Shown piece by piece: positions 10,761-21,217 of a stretch of DNA of 64,000 nt. The notes under the pieces are model-generated. The model was not told the DNA's origin, did no database searches, and was given only the letters and a program-made list of their open reading frames with translations. Both the position numbers and the translations under genes were made by a program. The stretch spans positions 1,280,001 to 1,344,000 of the forward strand of contig CAVUDP010000001.1 of the NCBI GenBank assembly GCA_963740315.1. The letters are read 5' to 3'. The stretch comes from an uncultured cyanobacterium (lineage in GTDB: Bacteria; Cyanobacteriota; Cyanobacteriia; Cyanobacteriales; Nostocaceae). Every line of letters begins with the position of its first letter. The stretch's first letter is position 1.

Positions 10761-12050
10761 TTATTTTTTATGACTAATCGGAATCTCAATTACAAACTTT
10801 GTACCTTGTGTAAGAGTAGAATCAAAATATAACTTGCCGCCGTGTTTATCAGTAATAATTTCATAGCTGATAGATAAACCCAAACCCGTGCCTTTTCCTA
10901 CTTGTTTCGTCGTAAAAAACGGATCGAAAACTTTTGTGTGAATCTCTGGCGGAATTCCACAAGCATTATCAGCAATAATGATTTTTATATAATTATTATT
11001 AACTTTTTGAGTAGAAATTGTAATCTGACTGGAAATATTTATATCATTTTCCTCAAAAGCATCAATAGCATTAGCAATAATATTCATAAACACTTGATTT
11101 AACTGACTGGGGTAGCATTCCACATCAGGAATATCGCCATATTCTTTGATAATTTGAATTTCATCATGTCCGGAGGCTGCTTTTAATTGACTTCCCAAAA
11201 TCATCAAAGTACTATCAATGCCATCATGAATATTAACCTTTTTAAATTCAGCTTCATCCAGACGGGAAAAATTACGCAGCGATAACACAATTTTATAAAT
11301 TCTTTCAGTTCCTACCTTCATCGAATCAAGTAATTTCATAAAATCTTCTTTGATAAAATCTAAGTCAATCTCTGTAATTTTATCTTGAATTATTGGAGAA
11401 CTTCGAGGATATTCTTGCTGATAAAGTTCTAATAATTCTACAAAATCTTGAGCGTATTCTCTAGCAGGAACAAGATTGCTATAAACAAAGCTAACTGGAT
11501 TATTGATTTCATGGGCTACTCCCGCTACCATTTGTCCCAATCCAGACATCTTTTCAGTATGAATCATCTGGGCTTGAGTGCGCTGAAGTTCTAATAATGT
11601 TTCTTCTAGCTGCTGAGTTTGTAAACTTAGCTTTGTTTCTACCAGCTTTCTTTCACCAATTTCTTTTTCTAAAGCTACATTTAATGCAGACAATTTTGGA
11701 ACATTAGGAATAGCTAAAAGCTTCGGAGTTAACCAAAAAAGTAATGCTGCCGTACCTAAAGATATTGTCGCAGTAGAAGCCTTTAGCCAACCAGAAACCC
11801 AATAATTAGGATGCCACAGCGTCCAAACTTCCGCTAAATGAGTAAATCCGCACAAAATAATAAAAGCACCAAAACAAAGAAAGATCCAATCAAAAGGAAT
11901 ATCTTCTCGTTTCTCAACTATATAGACAAGCATGATAGGAATTAAAAAATAAGCCACTGTTATTAAAGAATCTGAGATTAGATGCAGCGAAACCAACCCA
12001 GTTTTCCACAGATAACAATGCCCATGAGGAATAAATATGGTAGATAGCAT
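10761..12050 (-). CDS. Histidine kinase with N-terminal ethylene-receptor (ETR1-like) membrane domain
   Basis: FIPHGHCYLW..SDSLITVAYFLIP..FGAFIILCGFTH..W (D, Y and CxxxH residues of ethylene-binding domains), then HisKA/HATPase. ATG 12050 preferred. Confidence 0.88.
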   Translation of the reverse strand: MLSTIFIPHGHCYLWKTGLVSLHLISDSLITVAYFLIPIMLVYIVEKREDIPFDWIFLCFGAFIILCGFTHLAEVWTLWHPNYWVSGWLKASTATISLGTAALLFWLTPKLLAIPNVPKLSALNVALEKEIGERKLVETKLSLQTQQLEETLLELQRTQAQMIHTEKMSGLGQMVAGVAHEINNPVSFVYSNLVPAREYAQDFVELLELYQQEYPRSSPIIQDKITEIDLDFIKEDFMKLLDSMKVGTERIYKIVLSLRNFSRLDEAEFKKVNIHDGIDSTLMILGSQLKAASGHDEIQIIKEYGDIPDVECYPSQLNQVFMNIIANAIDAFEENDINISSQITISTQKVNNNYIKIIIADNACGIPPEIHTKVFDPFFTTKQVGKGTGLGLSISYEIITDKHGGKLYFDSTLTQGTKFVIEIPISHKK

Positions 12051-12182
12051 TTTGTTTTTGATATAAATAATTAAATAGAGAAACAAAGCATTTTCACCAG
12101 TTTAAGCTTGAAAATCTTGAATAAACACGATTATTCGACATCTATCTTCTAATTAGATAAGTTTGCTTGGCATCAAGAGATG

Positions 12183-12335
12183 AGGAGAGGGGGTAGATGG
12201 GGTTCGGGGGAGATGGGGTTCGGGGGAGATGGGGTTCGGGGGAGATGGGGTTCGGGGGAGATGGGGAGACAATTACCAATTCGCAATTCCTAACTCCTAA
12301 TTCCTGATTCCTAACTCCTAACTCTTAACTCCGGT
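12183..12335. repeat. Composite tandem repeats (GATGGGGTTCGGGGGA x4, then ACTCCTA-type heptamers)
   Basis: Read directly. Confidence 0.9.
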
Positions 12336-12340
12336 GGTTC

Positions 12341-13522
12341 TCACTCCTCACTCTTAACTTCCTCATCCGAATCCTTCGCCACTTTCATTACAAAATTTAT
12401 CAACCAAGGTCCCAAAGCGATAATAATTAGCATTCGCGTCAACTGCATTGCTAATACTAAACCCGTGTCACCACCTAACTGCATTACGGTAGCAACCATC
12501 GCTTCTAAACCTCCAGGAGTAAACCCTAATAAAGAGGTAATAATATCAACGTGAGTAAATACATGAAATTCATATCCAACACCAAGACATAAAAGAATCA
12601 ACGATATTACCAAACCGATTTCAATTAACACCGCTTTCAATAGTTTATTAGCAGTTTTAATATCAAATTTAACGCCAATTGAAATCCCTACAAATAATAA
12701 TCCTGTAGCGAATAACCATTGAGGAACCTGCAATTCATAAGGAGAACTCCAAAACACCGCTAACCCAACTAAAAACGTACCTAAAAACCCAGAAGCAGGT
12801 AAACGCAACAGATTGCCACCCCACATTCCCACAACGCAACATCCACCCAATACGATTAAATTCAACCACATCGGAATTGAAGGATTATTTGTGGTTGTTG
12901 TTGCGTTAAGCGAAGCTCTACCGGAGGTAATCGCCATTGTCATGGAGTTATTCAAATCGGCAGGAAAAAAGAAACCAGCCGCGCTTGGTATCAGTAAAAC
13001 CACTAATAGTAAACGTAAATACTGAAACACGGCAACCGCAACAGCATCCGCTCCCATTTCTTCGGCGATCGGGACAATACTGGAAGCAGCACCGGGAATA
13101 AATGCAACTAATCCCGTAACTTTATCAATACCAGACAAGCGAGATAATAGATATCCGTGAAACAAGCTCAAGCTACCAGAAATTAACACGCATAATAGTA
13201 GCGGTACTGCATAAGTCGTAGCTACATTTATTGTGTCCCAAGAAAAACGTACCGCAGTAGCTAGGGCAATAAACGCCTTACCAAAAGTCATAAAAACCTT
13301 CGGTAATGGTTGGGGATTACCTTGGATAGTCGAATAAATAATTCCCCCAATCATCGAACCCAACAACCAACCAACAGGAATTTGCAACCAGCTAAACACG
13401 AAACCCGCACATATTCCTAAAGCTAGCTGAAAGACAATAGTTGTTATTTGCGGTAAATAGGAAAAAAGCCGATCTCGCCATTTCTGAGAATCAGATTGTA
13501 AAGATAAAATTTTATTAATCAC
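12341..13522 (-). CDS. AbrB-family (membrane AidB-regulator / putative monooxygenase) membrane protein
   Basis: Multi-TM protein with internal duplication: PVGWLLGSM, FIPGAASS..GAD..QYLRL and FTPGGLEAM..MQLTRM. Confidence 0.8.
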   Translation of the reverse strand: MINKILSLQSDSQKWRDRLFSYLPQITTIVFQLALGICAGFVFSWLQIPVGWLLGSMIGGIIYSTIQGNPQPLPKVFMTFGKAFIALATAVRFSWDTINVATTYAVPLLLCVLISGSLSLFHGYLLSRLSGIDKVTGLVAFIPGAASSIVPIAEEMGADAVAVAVFQYLRLLLVVLLIPSAAGFFFPADLNNSMTMAITSGRASLNATTTTNNPSIPMWLNLIVLGGCCVVGMWGGNLLRLPASGFLGTFLVGLAVFWSSPYELQVPQWLFATGLLFVGISIGVKFDIKTANKLLKAVLIEIGLVISLILLCLGVGYEFHVFTHVDIITSLLGFTPGGLEAMVATVMQLGGDTGLVLAMQLTRMLIIIALGPWLINFVMKVAKDSDEEVKSEE

Positions 13523-13643
13523 AAAGCAATATATAGACAGATATATTTACATTAAGAATCAAATCATTAATTCTCATCTTAGTTTATCTTGCTTTGTAAG
13601 TAAGTTGGTTGAAAAAATTGTATTATAGGTTTCAAAAAGCAAA

Positions 13644-13977
13644 TTATCCCACAGCAAATTCTGTAAATTGTCGTTTAAAAGCAGAATGAAACCCTAACAC
13701 AATATCTTGTTTGCTAATTCCTCGCTCTACTAATTCATTTGCAACACCACCTTCAGTTCCATCATGCTGTATCCATATTTTATTATCTTTAATATCAAGA
13801 TGAATAACGCATCCATAGACTCTTCGTTGATTTGACCAACCTACATGAATTAATTGATAATGATTTCTTTCTACATCAAAAACAATAAAGCGGTTCTACA
13901 TCTTCGTTAATTGATTTTATTGCACCATGTTCTCGTAAAATATCTTGAATTATTTGACGATACTGTTCTAATTCCAT
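13644..13977 (-). pseudogene. xisI: XisI-family gene with a +1 frameshift
   Basis: ATG 13977 MELEQYRQIIQDILREH..VE; one extra base near 13892; then FIVFDVERNHYQLIHVGWSNQRRVYGCVIHLDIKDNKIWIQHDGTEGGVANELVERGISKQDIVLGFH..TEFAVG*. Span 334 nt = 333+1. Confidence 0.85.
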
Positions 13978-14050
13978 GTCACAATTACCTTTTTCACAGG
14001 ATCATATATTATTAATTTTACTTGATAGCGTTCTACCAAACGTCTGTGAA
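13967..14050 (-). pseudogene. xisH: 3' remnant of an XisH-family gene
   Basis: RRLVERYQVKLIIYDPVKKVIVTWN* overlapping the xisI ATG, as in xisH-xisI pairs; 5' part absent. Confidence 0.7.
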
Positions 14051-14156
14051 AAAGTTTGTAGTAATACATTTAGCCCTTATCATAACTAAAGCTTTGACTG
14101 TTCTCTTATACTTATTGATATTCACTTACTGAATACTAACTCAATTTTTACAAATC

Positions 14157-15179
14157 ATGAATTACGAACAAAATACTATTCAAGGCATTTACGAAGTTTG
14201 TATTGGAGTTAATGAGCCAATTTCCGCCATTCAATATTGGCAGCAGTTCGGTTATCGCATCGGTAATACTGGTGAATTAAATGCCGTTCAAGCTCATAAA
14301 TTATACGGCGTAAATTCTGCTTTACGTTCGATTCGACTTTACCATCAAAATTCAGATCATGGCTTAATCCGTTTGATGATTTGGCAAAACCCAATTAACC
14401 AAGGATTGGGTATTAGTTCCATGAAAGTTAAAGGTAATCGTTGGGCTACTACTTTAACCAATGATTCTTTAAACATTTTAAATCATGCCGAATTAGCTTC
14501 TTGTGCCGGTGAAACTATTAAATATACCAATCCTCGCTGGGAAGTTATTTATAACAAAGAAAGAAAAAGCCGTCCTTTTTTAGATGAAACTGTAGGCGTG
14601 CGAGAAATGCTGCTGCTACAACCTTTAACCCGACAGGTTATATTTCAAAGGTTTGGCTATGATTTACCTGATTACGGAAATATCAATGAAAATTCGCCTT
14701 TCAAAGCCAGCCAATTTACTCACATGGGGATGATAGTTCAAGATGATAGCAAAGAAATTTTGAACTTTTACGCTGAAGGTTTGGGTTTATTGCGGGTGCG
14801 CGATGATGTAGAAACTAGTTACGAATCTTCTTTAGCCGGAAGAGAAATCTTTGATTTACAGCCCGGTGAAAAGTTTTTTGTCACAGCTTTTGACGATCCG
14901 CGTTCTTCTGCAACTGATATATTTGCCGCGCGTTCTGGTAGACTTTATATTATTCGTTTTCCTGAATCTATTACTTTAAAAGCGGAATTTGAGAAAGCGC
15001 GATCGGGTTGCTTGGGAATGTGTTTGTATACTTACCGCGTATCTAATATAAACTATTATTTGCAACGCATTCAGTCAACTTCCGCCAAAAATATTACAGC
15101 AATTGAGAATAATGAATTTGGGGAAACTAGTTTTTCTTTTATTGCCCCAGATGGTTATCAGTTAACATTTATCAGTTAA
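14157..15179 (+). CDS. VOC/glyoxalase-like superfamily protein
   Basis: IYEVCIGV..YWQQFGY, FTHMGMIV..FYAEGLGL, FSFIAPDGY repeated beta-alpha-beta-beta-beta pattern. Confidence 0.65.
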   Translation: MNYEQNTIQGIYEVCIGVNEPISAIQYWQQFGYRIGNTGELNAVQAHKLYGVNSALRSIRLYHQNSDHGLIRLMIWQNPINQGLGISSMKVKGNRWATTLTNDSLNILNHAELASCAGETIKYTNPRWEVIYNKERKSRPFLDETVGVREMLLLQPLTRQVIFQRFGYDLPDYGNINENSPFKASQFTHMGMIVQDDSKEILNFYAEGLGLLRVRDDVETSYESSLAGREIFDLQPGEKFFVTAFDDPRSSATDIFAARSGRLYIIRFPESITLKAEFEKARSGCLGMCLYTYRVSNINYYLQRIQSTSAKNITAIENNEFGETSFSFIAPDGYQLTFIS

Positions 15180-15424
15180 CATTGCGATCGCATAAGCAAC
15201 AATACCGTTTACTCCAAGAGACTTGAGTTAATTGTTCTTTGTTTGATTGTTTTTTTATAAGTGTCATTATGTCCGCTCCACTCTACCCCACTTACTACCA
15301 TTTGCAGGTTAGATTGTGAGGTTTATAGCGAGCGATTTATAATTTATAAGTTGTTAGTAGGTTTGTAGTAAGGGCTTAAGCCCTTTTACCTCAAGATTAA
15401 AGTCGGCACGTAAAACCTTAATTT

Positions 15425-16348
15425 TTATTTTGCGATCATTTCTTGAATAAATCCAGGTAAAGCAAAGGCGGCTTTATGAATATCTGCATTGTAATAGCGT
15501 AAATTATGCTCTTTAACAAACTGCGTGGCTTTCTCGTAATCTAAATTCTTGACGGGATGACTGCCTTGTTTAGAACAATAAGTCAAACTCCACATTCCGG
15601 TAGGATACATGGGAATAAACACTAAATAACAATGCACCGAATCATTGCCAAAAACTTGTTTGAGACATTGATTTAAATCTACAAAAGCTTGTTGATAAAA
15701 AATGGGCGATTCGCTTTGTACCGTTACTACTCCACCAGGGCGGAGAGTGCGATACACATCTTGATAAAATGATTTTGTAAATAATCCTTCCGATGGACCT
15801 ACGGGATCTGAAGAATCAATTATTATTAAGTCATAGGAATTATCGGCGGCATTTTGAACGAATTTAATGCCGTCATCGATGAGTAAATTTAACTTCGGAT
15901 GCTCCAAAGCTGACGAAATTGTTGGTAGAAATTGCTTGGAAGCACGCACCACCGCTTCATCGATTTCTACCATTGCGATCCGCTCAATTCCTTGATGGCG
16001 AACTAATTCACGAATCGTACCGCCATCACCAGCGCCAATTACAAGCACATCTTTGACATCGGGATAAGCCAACATCGGTACGTGAACAATCATCTCGTGA
16101 TAAGCCGCTTCATCTGCTTCGGTACACATTACCATGCGATCGATAGTCAGTATTTTCCCTCTATCATGAGTATCAAATATTTCTACTGTTTGAAAGGGGG
16201 ATACTTCATGGAAAAGCCTTTCTCCCTTTAAACGAATGGATATAGCAAAATTTCCATTGCTATCTGTTACCCATTCGGTAGAATTTATTTTACCGGGTTG
16301 TTCTGAAATAGTCATTTGTAGATGCGTGGAAGATTGCGAATGTACCAA
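15425..16348 (-). CDS. speE: Spermidine synthase (polyamine aminopropyltransferase)
   Basis: SPFQ, YHEMIVH, VLVIGAGDGG, VEID, YDLIIIDSSDP, PMYPTGMW, YYNADIHKAAF. Confidence 0.95.
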   Translation of the reverse strand: MVHSQSSTHLQMTISEQPGKINSTEWVTDSNGNFAISIRLKGERLFHEVSPFQTVEIFDTHDRGKILTIDRMVMCTEADEAAYHEMIVHVPMLAYPDVKDVLVIGAGDGGTIRELVRHQGIERIAMVEIDEAVVRASKQFLPTISSALEHPKLNLLIDDGIKFVQNAADNSYDLIIIDSSDPVGPSEGLFTKSFYQDVYRTLRPGGVVTVQSESPIFYQQAFVDLNQCLKQVFGNDSVHCYLVFIPMYPTGMWSLTYCSKQGSHPVKNLDYEKATQFVKEHNLRYYNADIHKAAFALPGFIQEMIAK

Positions 16349-16510
16349 GAATCAAGTATATGATTTTAACGTTTTTGATTCAAGGATTTGAATTAATAAA
16401 TAATTTTTGATTATACGATCGGATTATTTTAAATAAAATAGCTTAAATAAAATCAATTCACTAGAAATTAATTACATAAAAAAATATTATTAAATAGATG
16501 TTGTAATAAT

Positions 16511-17872
16511 TTAAAAAGGAATCTGAATTAAAAACTCCGTACCTTTTCCTGGCGAAGAAATACACTGCAAATTTCCACCATGATTTTCAGTAATGATTTT
16601 GTAACTAATTGAAAGTCCTAAGCCAGTACCCTTTCCTTCTGGTTTAGTAGTAAAAAATGGTTGAAAAATTTCATTTCTGATTGATTCTGGCATTCCTTTA
16701 CCATTATCGGCAATTTTTACAGTAAGTTGATGTTTATCTATAGTAGTTCCGATATAAATTTGAGGATTTTTGATTATAAAATTATGACTCAAATCTTCAC
16801 AATCAAGCATTGATTCTTCCAAAGCATCAATTGCATTTGCCAACAAATTCATAAATACTTGATTTAATTGTCCTGAATAACATTGTACTTTAGGTAAAAC
16901 ACTATAATCTTTAACTATTTGAATAGCGGCACGTTTGGGATAGGCTTTGAGACGATGCTGTAAAATCATCAAAGTTGCTTCTATGCCCTCATGAATATCA
17001 ACAAATTTTTTATTTTCTCCATCACTACGAGAAAAGTTTCGTAAAGACTGCATAATTCCCTTGATGGTATCGGTACCCAACTTCATAGAAGACATCAGCT
17101 TGGGTAAATCTTTATCGATATGTCCTAAATCCATTAATTCTATTTGCTCTTGAACTTCGCTACCGGGATTAGAGCAATTTTTTTGAAAAAGCCGTACTAA
17201 TTTGAGTAAATCTTCAATGTATTGGTTAGCGTAATGTAAATTAGTAGAAATAAAACCGATAGGGTTGTTAACTTCGTGAGCAACACCAGCAACTAATTGT
17301 CCTAAAGAAGATATTTTTTCTGTTTGAACTAACTGTAACTGAGTTTGTTTTAATTCATCTAAAGTTTGAGATAGTTCGCAAGTTCGCTCATCTACTCGTA
17401 TTTCTAGTTCTTGTTTTTGCCAATCTAATTCTACGTTTAATTTTCGTAATTTTAAATGCAGACTAATTCTGGCTAAAACTTCTTGCTGTTCAAATGGTTT
17501 AGTAATATAATCAACAGCCCCTAAACTTAAACCTTTAACTTTTTCTTCTGCTTCTGTAAGTGCAGTTATAAAAATAATCGGGATATCTTTTACAGATGGA
17601 TTCGCTTGCAATCTACGACAGGTTTCAAAACCGTCCATTTTTGGCATCATTACATCTAATAATATCAGATCCGGAGGATTGCTTTCTACTTGCTCGATGC
17701 CGCTAATACCATCCATTTCCACTAAAACTTCATAGCCTGCACCTCCTAACACATCATGTAGAATTTCTAGGTTGGTTGGGCTGTCATCAATTACTAAAAT
17801 TGTTTCTAACTTTTTATTAGAGTCAAATTCTTCGTAAGGTAAATCCATATTTTTAGAATGATTATTTATCAT
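16511..17872 (-). CDS. Hybrid response regulator-histidine kinase (REC-HisKA-HATPase)
   Basis: LVIDD..LLDVMMP..YITKP receiver; AGVAHEVNNP; GKGTGLGL. Confidence 0.92.
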   Translation of the reverse strand: MINNHSKNMDLPYEEFDSNKKLETILVIDDSPTNLEILHDVLGGAGYEVLVEMDGISGIEQVESNPPDLILLDVMMPKMDGFETCRRLQANPSVKDIPIIFITALTEAEEKVKGLSLGAVDYITKPFEQQEVLARISLHLKLRKLNVELDWQKQELEIRVDERTCELSQTLDELKQTQLQLVQTEKISSLGQLVAGVAHEVNNPIGFISTNLHYANQYIEDLLKLVRLFQKNCSNPGSEVQEQIELMDLGHIDKDLPKLMSSMKLGTDTIKGIMQSLRNFSRSDGENKKFVDIHEGIEATLMILQHRLKAYPKRAAIQIVKDYSVLPKVQCYSGQLNQVFMNLLANAIDALEESMLDCEDLSHNFIIKNPQIYIGTTIDKHQLTVKIADNGKGMPESIRNEIFQPFFTTKPEGKGTGLGLSISYKIITENHGGNLQCISSPGKGTEFLIQIPF

Positions 17873-17913
17873 ATTAATTCCTGCGTTCTAAAATAAATAT
17901 ATATTATTTTCTA

Positions 17914-20265
17914 TTAATTGATATTTTCTTGAAGAAATTCACGAATTTTATTGATGTTAAAACTTTTAACAAATGAATACAATTCCTCAACAAACTCTTG
18001 ATATTCTTTATCTATTTGCGAGATTCTATCTAATTCTTTTTGAATACCTGTAATTTTCCCTTTTTTAGCGAATTCCAGTAGTAGTTCTAACTCAGAAGTA
18101 GGCGGAATAATTATAGAGCGCTTTGGAGGTAATTTTGAAGTCATTGATTTTGTGATTTCTTCATTGCTATAAAGCCAAGTAAGTTTTAATTGCTTTGCTA
18201 ATACACGATAAAGTTCGTTTGATTTTACTGGTTTTTTTAAAAAGTAGTTTGCCCCCAATTCCATAGCTTTTTGATTATCGCGTTCGGATGTACTGACAGT
18301 GCAGAAAAAGAATAATGTTTTTTGCAAATCATCTATTTTGCGAACTTCTTCAAGCATTTTCCATCCATGCATTATTGGCATTTTAATATCGGAAATAATC
18401 AAATCGGGATGATATTTAATTGCTTTTTCTAAACCATCTTGACCATTTTCTGCTTCGATTAAGTCAAAGCCAATACTTGATAATAAATTAATAAATAGAG
18501 AGCGGTTTTCCCATCTATCATCTACAACTAAAATTTGCTTTGTTTTACCTGCATAACCAATAACTCTGCCTGTACGAGTGATACTGCTTGTTTCAGTCCA
18601 ATCTTCAGCTACCGAGCATTCTATTTCAAATTGAAATACGCTTCCCATATCCAATTTACTTTTAACTTGAATTGTACTATGCATCATTTCTATTATCTTT
18701 TGACTCAAAGCCAATCCAAGCCCGGTACCTTCTGATTTATTTTTAGTTGTACCTAATTGCTCAAAAGGTAAAAATATTTTATCTAATAGTTCGGGTTTCA
18801 TACCTACACCAGTATCTTCTATATGGAAAAGCAATCTTACTTTTTCTGAAAAAGATTCTTGCTTTATTTCTAGCACCTCGACTTGTAAAGTAACGCAGCC
18901 TTTTTCGGTAAATTTAATTGCATTACTGAGTAAATTTATTAATACTTGTCGCAATCGTCTTTTATCAATAGTAATACCACTCGGTAAGTTTTCTGGAGTC
19001 AAATAAATAAAATTCAAACCTTTTTCTTCGGTTTTATTTCGGCATATTTCTACAATTTCTTGTAAAAATGAAGGAAAATGAAAATCACTAGGATACAGTT
19101 TTATTTGATTTGCTTCTATTCTAGAAAAATCAAGAATATCATTAATTAATGTTAATAAATGTTTGCCGCAACGGTGAATAATTTCTATCCCACGCTGTTC
19201 TTTTTTAGATAGATTAGGCGAATTTTGAAGAATTTGGGTGTAACCCAAAATACCATTTAACGGCGTGCGGAGTTCGTGACTCATATTCGCCATAAACTCG
19301 CTTTTGGCATGACTAGAAGCATCGGCAGATATTTTTGCTTCTTCTTGTGCTTTTATGTGTATTTTTATCTGCTTAAAAAGCTGATTAACCGAATCTGCAA
19401 GTTTTATTGATTCTATATTTCCCGTTACGGGTATTTCTAAATCATAGTTTGCTGACTCTAAAGCTTTATTAGCTACGTTATTAATGTTCAAAATCGGTTG
19501 AGCAATCTTTCGACTACTGTAAATAACGATAAAAAACCCGATAGTTAAAGACAAAAGAAGACTAATAATTGTAATTAGCGATCGCAACATTTGCGCTTTA
19601 CTTAAATCACTTTCTGCCTTTTCTTCTTGCACCTCTATAGATTTCACCAAAATTTGCAACTCCGAGACAAATTCTAATGTTTTAATTCGCGAGTCGCTGG
19701 CGGCTAAATTTGCGAGAAGCTGTTTTACTTCTACTTCCTTTGACTTCAAGTTATCTGAGTCAATCGGGTTTAAAGTATTTTTAGAATCTTGAGCAAATTG
19801 TTTTAAGTTAGCGTTATACTTTTTAATTAATGGTTCAGAAGTTGTTGAAGCACTTACATTCACTTGTGCGAGCAATGCCTCAAAATTACTTGCTTTGTTA
19901 ATTACCCTTAACTTTACTTGTTGAAACTGCTGGGGTTTTTGTAAGTAAGGAGAAAGCTCGCTAATTGGTTGTAAACTCAAAGTAGTATTTAGCAGGTTAT
20001 TCAACAGTTTCAATTCTTGACGAATATCCTTTCTCTGACGATTTGCTTGATACACCCAAGAATTGCCCATACTCAAACCAAAACCACTACCCCCTAGAGT
20101 AATACCAAGTGCAACAGCATATGCCAAACAAATATTTTTTTGCAAACTAAGGCGATTCATTATCCAGGATGCAGGATTAAAACGCCATCCAGACGAAACC
20201 CCAGAAGCTGTTTGATGCTCCTGAGTATGGGGTTGGGATGGATGGTTTGAGGAAGGATAAGTCAT
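17914..20265 (-). CDS. Membrane hybrid sensor histidine kinase (2 TM-HAMP-HisKA-HATPase-REC)
   Basis: ANMSHELRTPL, NLLSNAIKFT, DTGVGM, GTGLGL; receiver LVVDD..ISDIKMP..KKP. Confidence 0.92.
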   Translation of the reverse strand: MTYPSSNHPSQPHTQEHQTASGVSSGWRFNPASWIMNRLSLQKNICLAYAVALGITLGGSGFGLSMGNSWVYQANRQRKDIRQELKLLNNLLNTTLSLQPISELSPYLQKPQQFQQVKLRVINKASNFEALLAQVNVSASTTSEPLIKKYNANLKQFAQDSKNTLNPIDSDNLKSKEVEVKQLLANLAASDSRIKTLEFVSELQILVKSIEVQEEKAESDLSKAQMLRSLITIISLLLSLTIGFFIVIYSSRKIAQPILNINNVANKALESANYDLEIPVTGNIESIKLADSVNQLFKQIKIHIKAQEEAKISADASSHAKSEFMANMSHELRTPLNGILGYTQILQNSPNLSKKEQRGIEIIHRCGKHLLTLINDILDFSRIEANQIKLYPSDFHFPSFLQEIVEICRNKTEEKGLNFIYLTPENLPSGITIDKRRLRQVLINLLSNAIKFTEKGCVTLQVEVLEIKQESFSEKVRLLFHIEDTGVGMKPELLDKIFLPFEQLGTTKNKSEGTGLGLALSQKIIEMMHSTIQVKSKLDMGSVFQFEIECSVAEDWTETSSITRTGRVIGYAGKTKQILVVDDRWENRSLFINLLSSIGFDLIEAENGQDGLEKAIKYHPDLIISDIKMPIMHGWKMLEEVRKIDDLQKTLFFFCTVSTSERDNQKAMELGANYFLKKPVKSNELYRVLAKQLKLTWLYSNEEITKSMTSKLPPKRSIIIPPTSELELLLEFAKKGKITGIQKELDRISQIDKEYQEFVEELYSFVKSFNINKIREFLQENIN

Positions 20266-20545
20266 TCGTCTGGCAGCTTTTGCATTTAGATATAGAATGT
20301 CTGGTAATTACATAATTCCCAAATTGCAACTCAAAATTGTCATAAATTTTGACAATTTATCAATTGATGCTTGCTTTTTCGATTCTTAACATCGTCTGAG
20401 TCTGTTTTTACTTCAATATTTCAGCATTATGACGCTACATCAAAAACAAATTTTTGCCCATTGCATCTTCCCCCGTTGTTGTAGCTGCCGTGCATGAAGT
20501 ATCATGCAACAAATAACTATTGCAGCTTTGATTAACAGTAGTTTT

Positions 20546-20833
20546 ATGGAAAACAATATGAAAGTCTGGTTTATTTGCTTCCTCGTACTGTTTGCTTTAT
20601 CGCAGCTATTCGATTGGGTACAGCAGTTATCTTTACCTTTGCCAATTTATATTTTAGGTGGCGCATTTTTGGCAGTTGCTTCTAATTACGAAAAGCTTTT
20701 TGGCAGTTATTTAGGCGAATATTCAGGTGAAACTTATACTCAACAGCAATTAGATGCTGCTTCTCAACCTGAAGCTACCTTTAATACTTCTCAATCTGTG
20801 AAAGAAATTGAGGAATTGGAAATTAGGGAGTAG
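20546..20833 (+). CDS. Small hypothetical membrane protein
   Basis: Two hydrophobic segments (MKVWFICFLVLF.., LPIYILGGAFLAVASN); ATG 20546 or 20558 preferred over 20504. Confidence 0.6.
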   Translation: MENNMKVWFICFLVLFALSQLFDWVQQLSLPLPIYILGGAFLAVASNYEKLFGSYLGEYSGETYTQQQLDAASQPEATFNTSQSVKEIEELEIRE

Positions 20834-20866
20834 GAAGTAGGGAGTAGGAAGTAGGGAATAGAAAAA

Positions 20867-21208
20867 TTATTTAGCTGGAATTATGTCAGAGACAACTTGA
20901 ACAAAACAAAATCCCGCAATTAAAGCAGTAATTACCGCACCAATAATTACTCCTTTCATTAAAGCAAATTCTCTTCCTATTTTAAGGCTTAGAATTAAAG
21001 GAATAACGTATAAAAGTTGATATAACCATACACCACTAAAACCCAGAATAAGAGCATTATATCCCAAACCGGGAAAAAATTTATCTGCTAAAAAAGCACC
21101 TGCATACATTCCTAAAAAGCTAAGTGAAGAGTTAATTATTAATACTAATAAAATGCCTCCAATAATTGCCAACCAATAATTGCGAGAGTTAGGATTTCTA
21201 TTTGACAT
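20867..21208 (-). CDS. Small membrane protein, paralog 2
   Basis: Three TM segments; YQLLYVIP..MKGVIIGAVITALIAGFCF; 9-bp gap to the upstream paralog. Confidence 0.8.
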   Translation of the reverse strand: MSNRNPNSRNYWLAIIGGILLVLIINSSLSFLGMYAGAFLADKFFPGLGYNALILGFSGVWLYQLLYVIPLILSLKIGREFALMKGVIIGAVITALIAGFCFVQVVSDIIPAK

Positions 21209-21217
21209 GATTTTATA

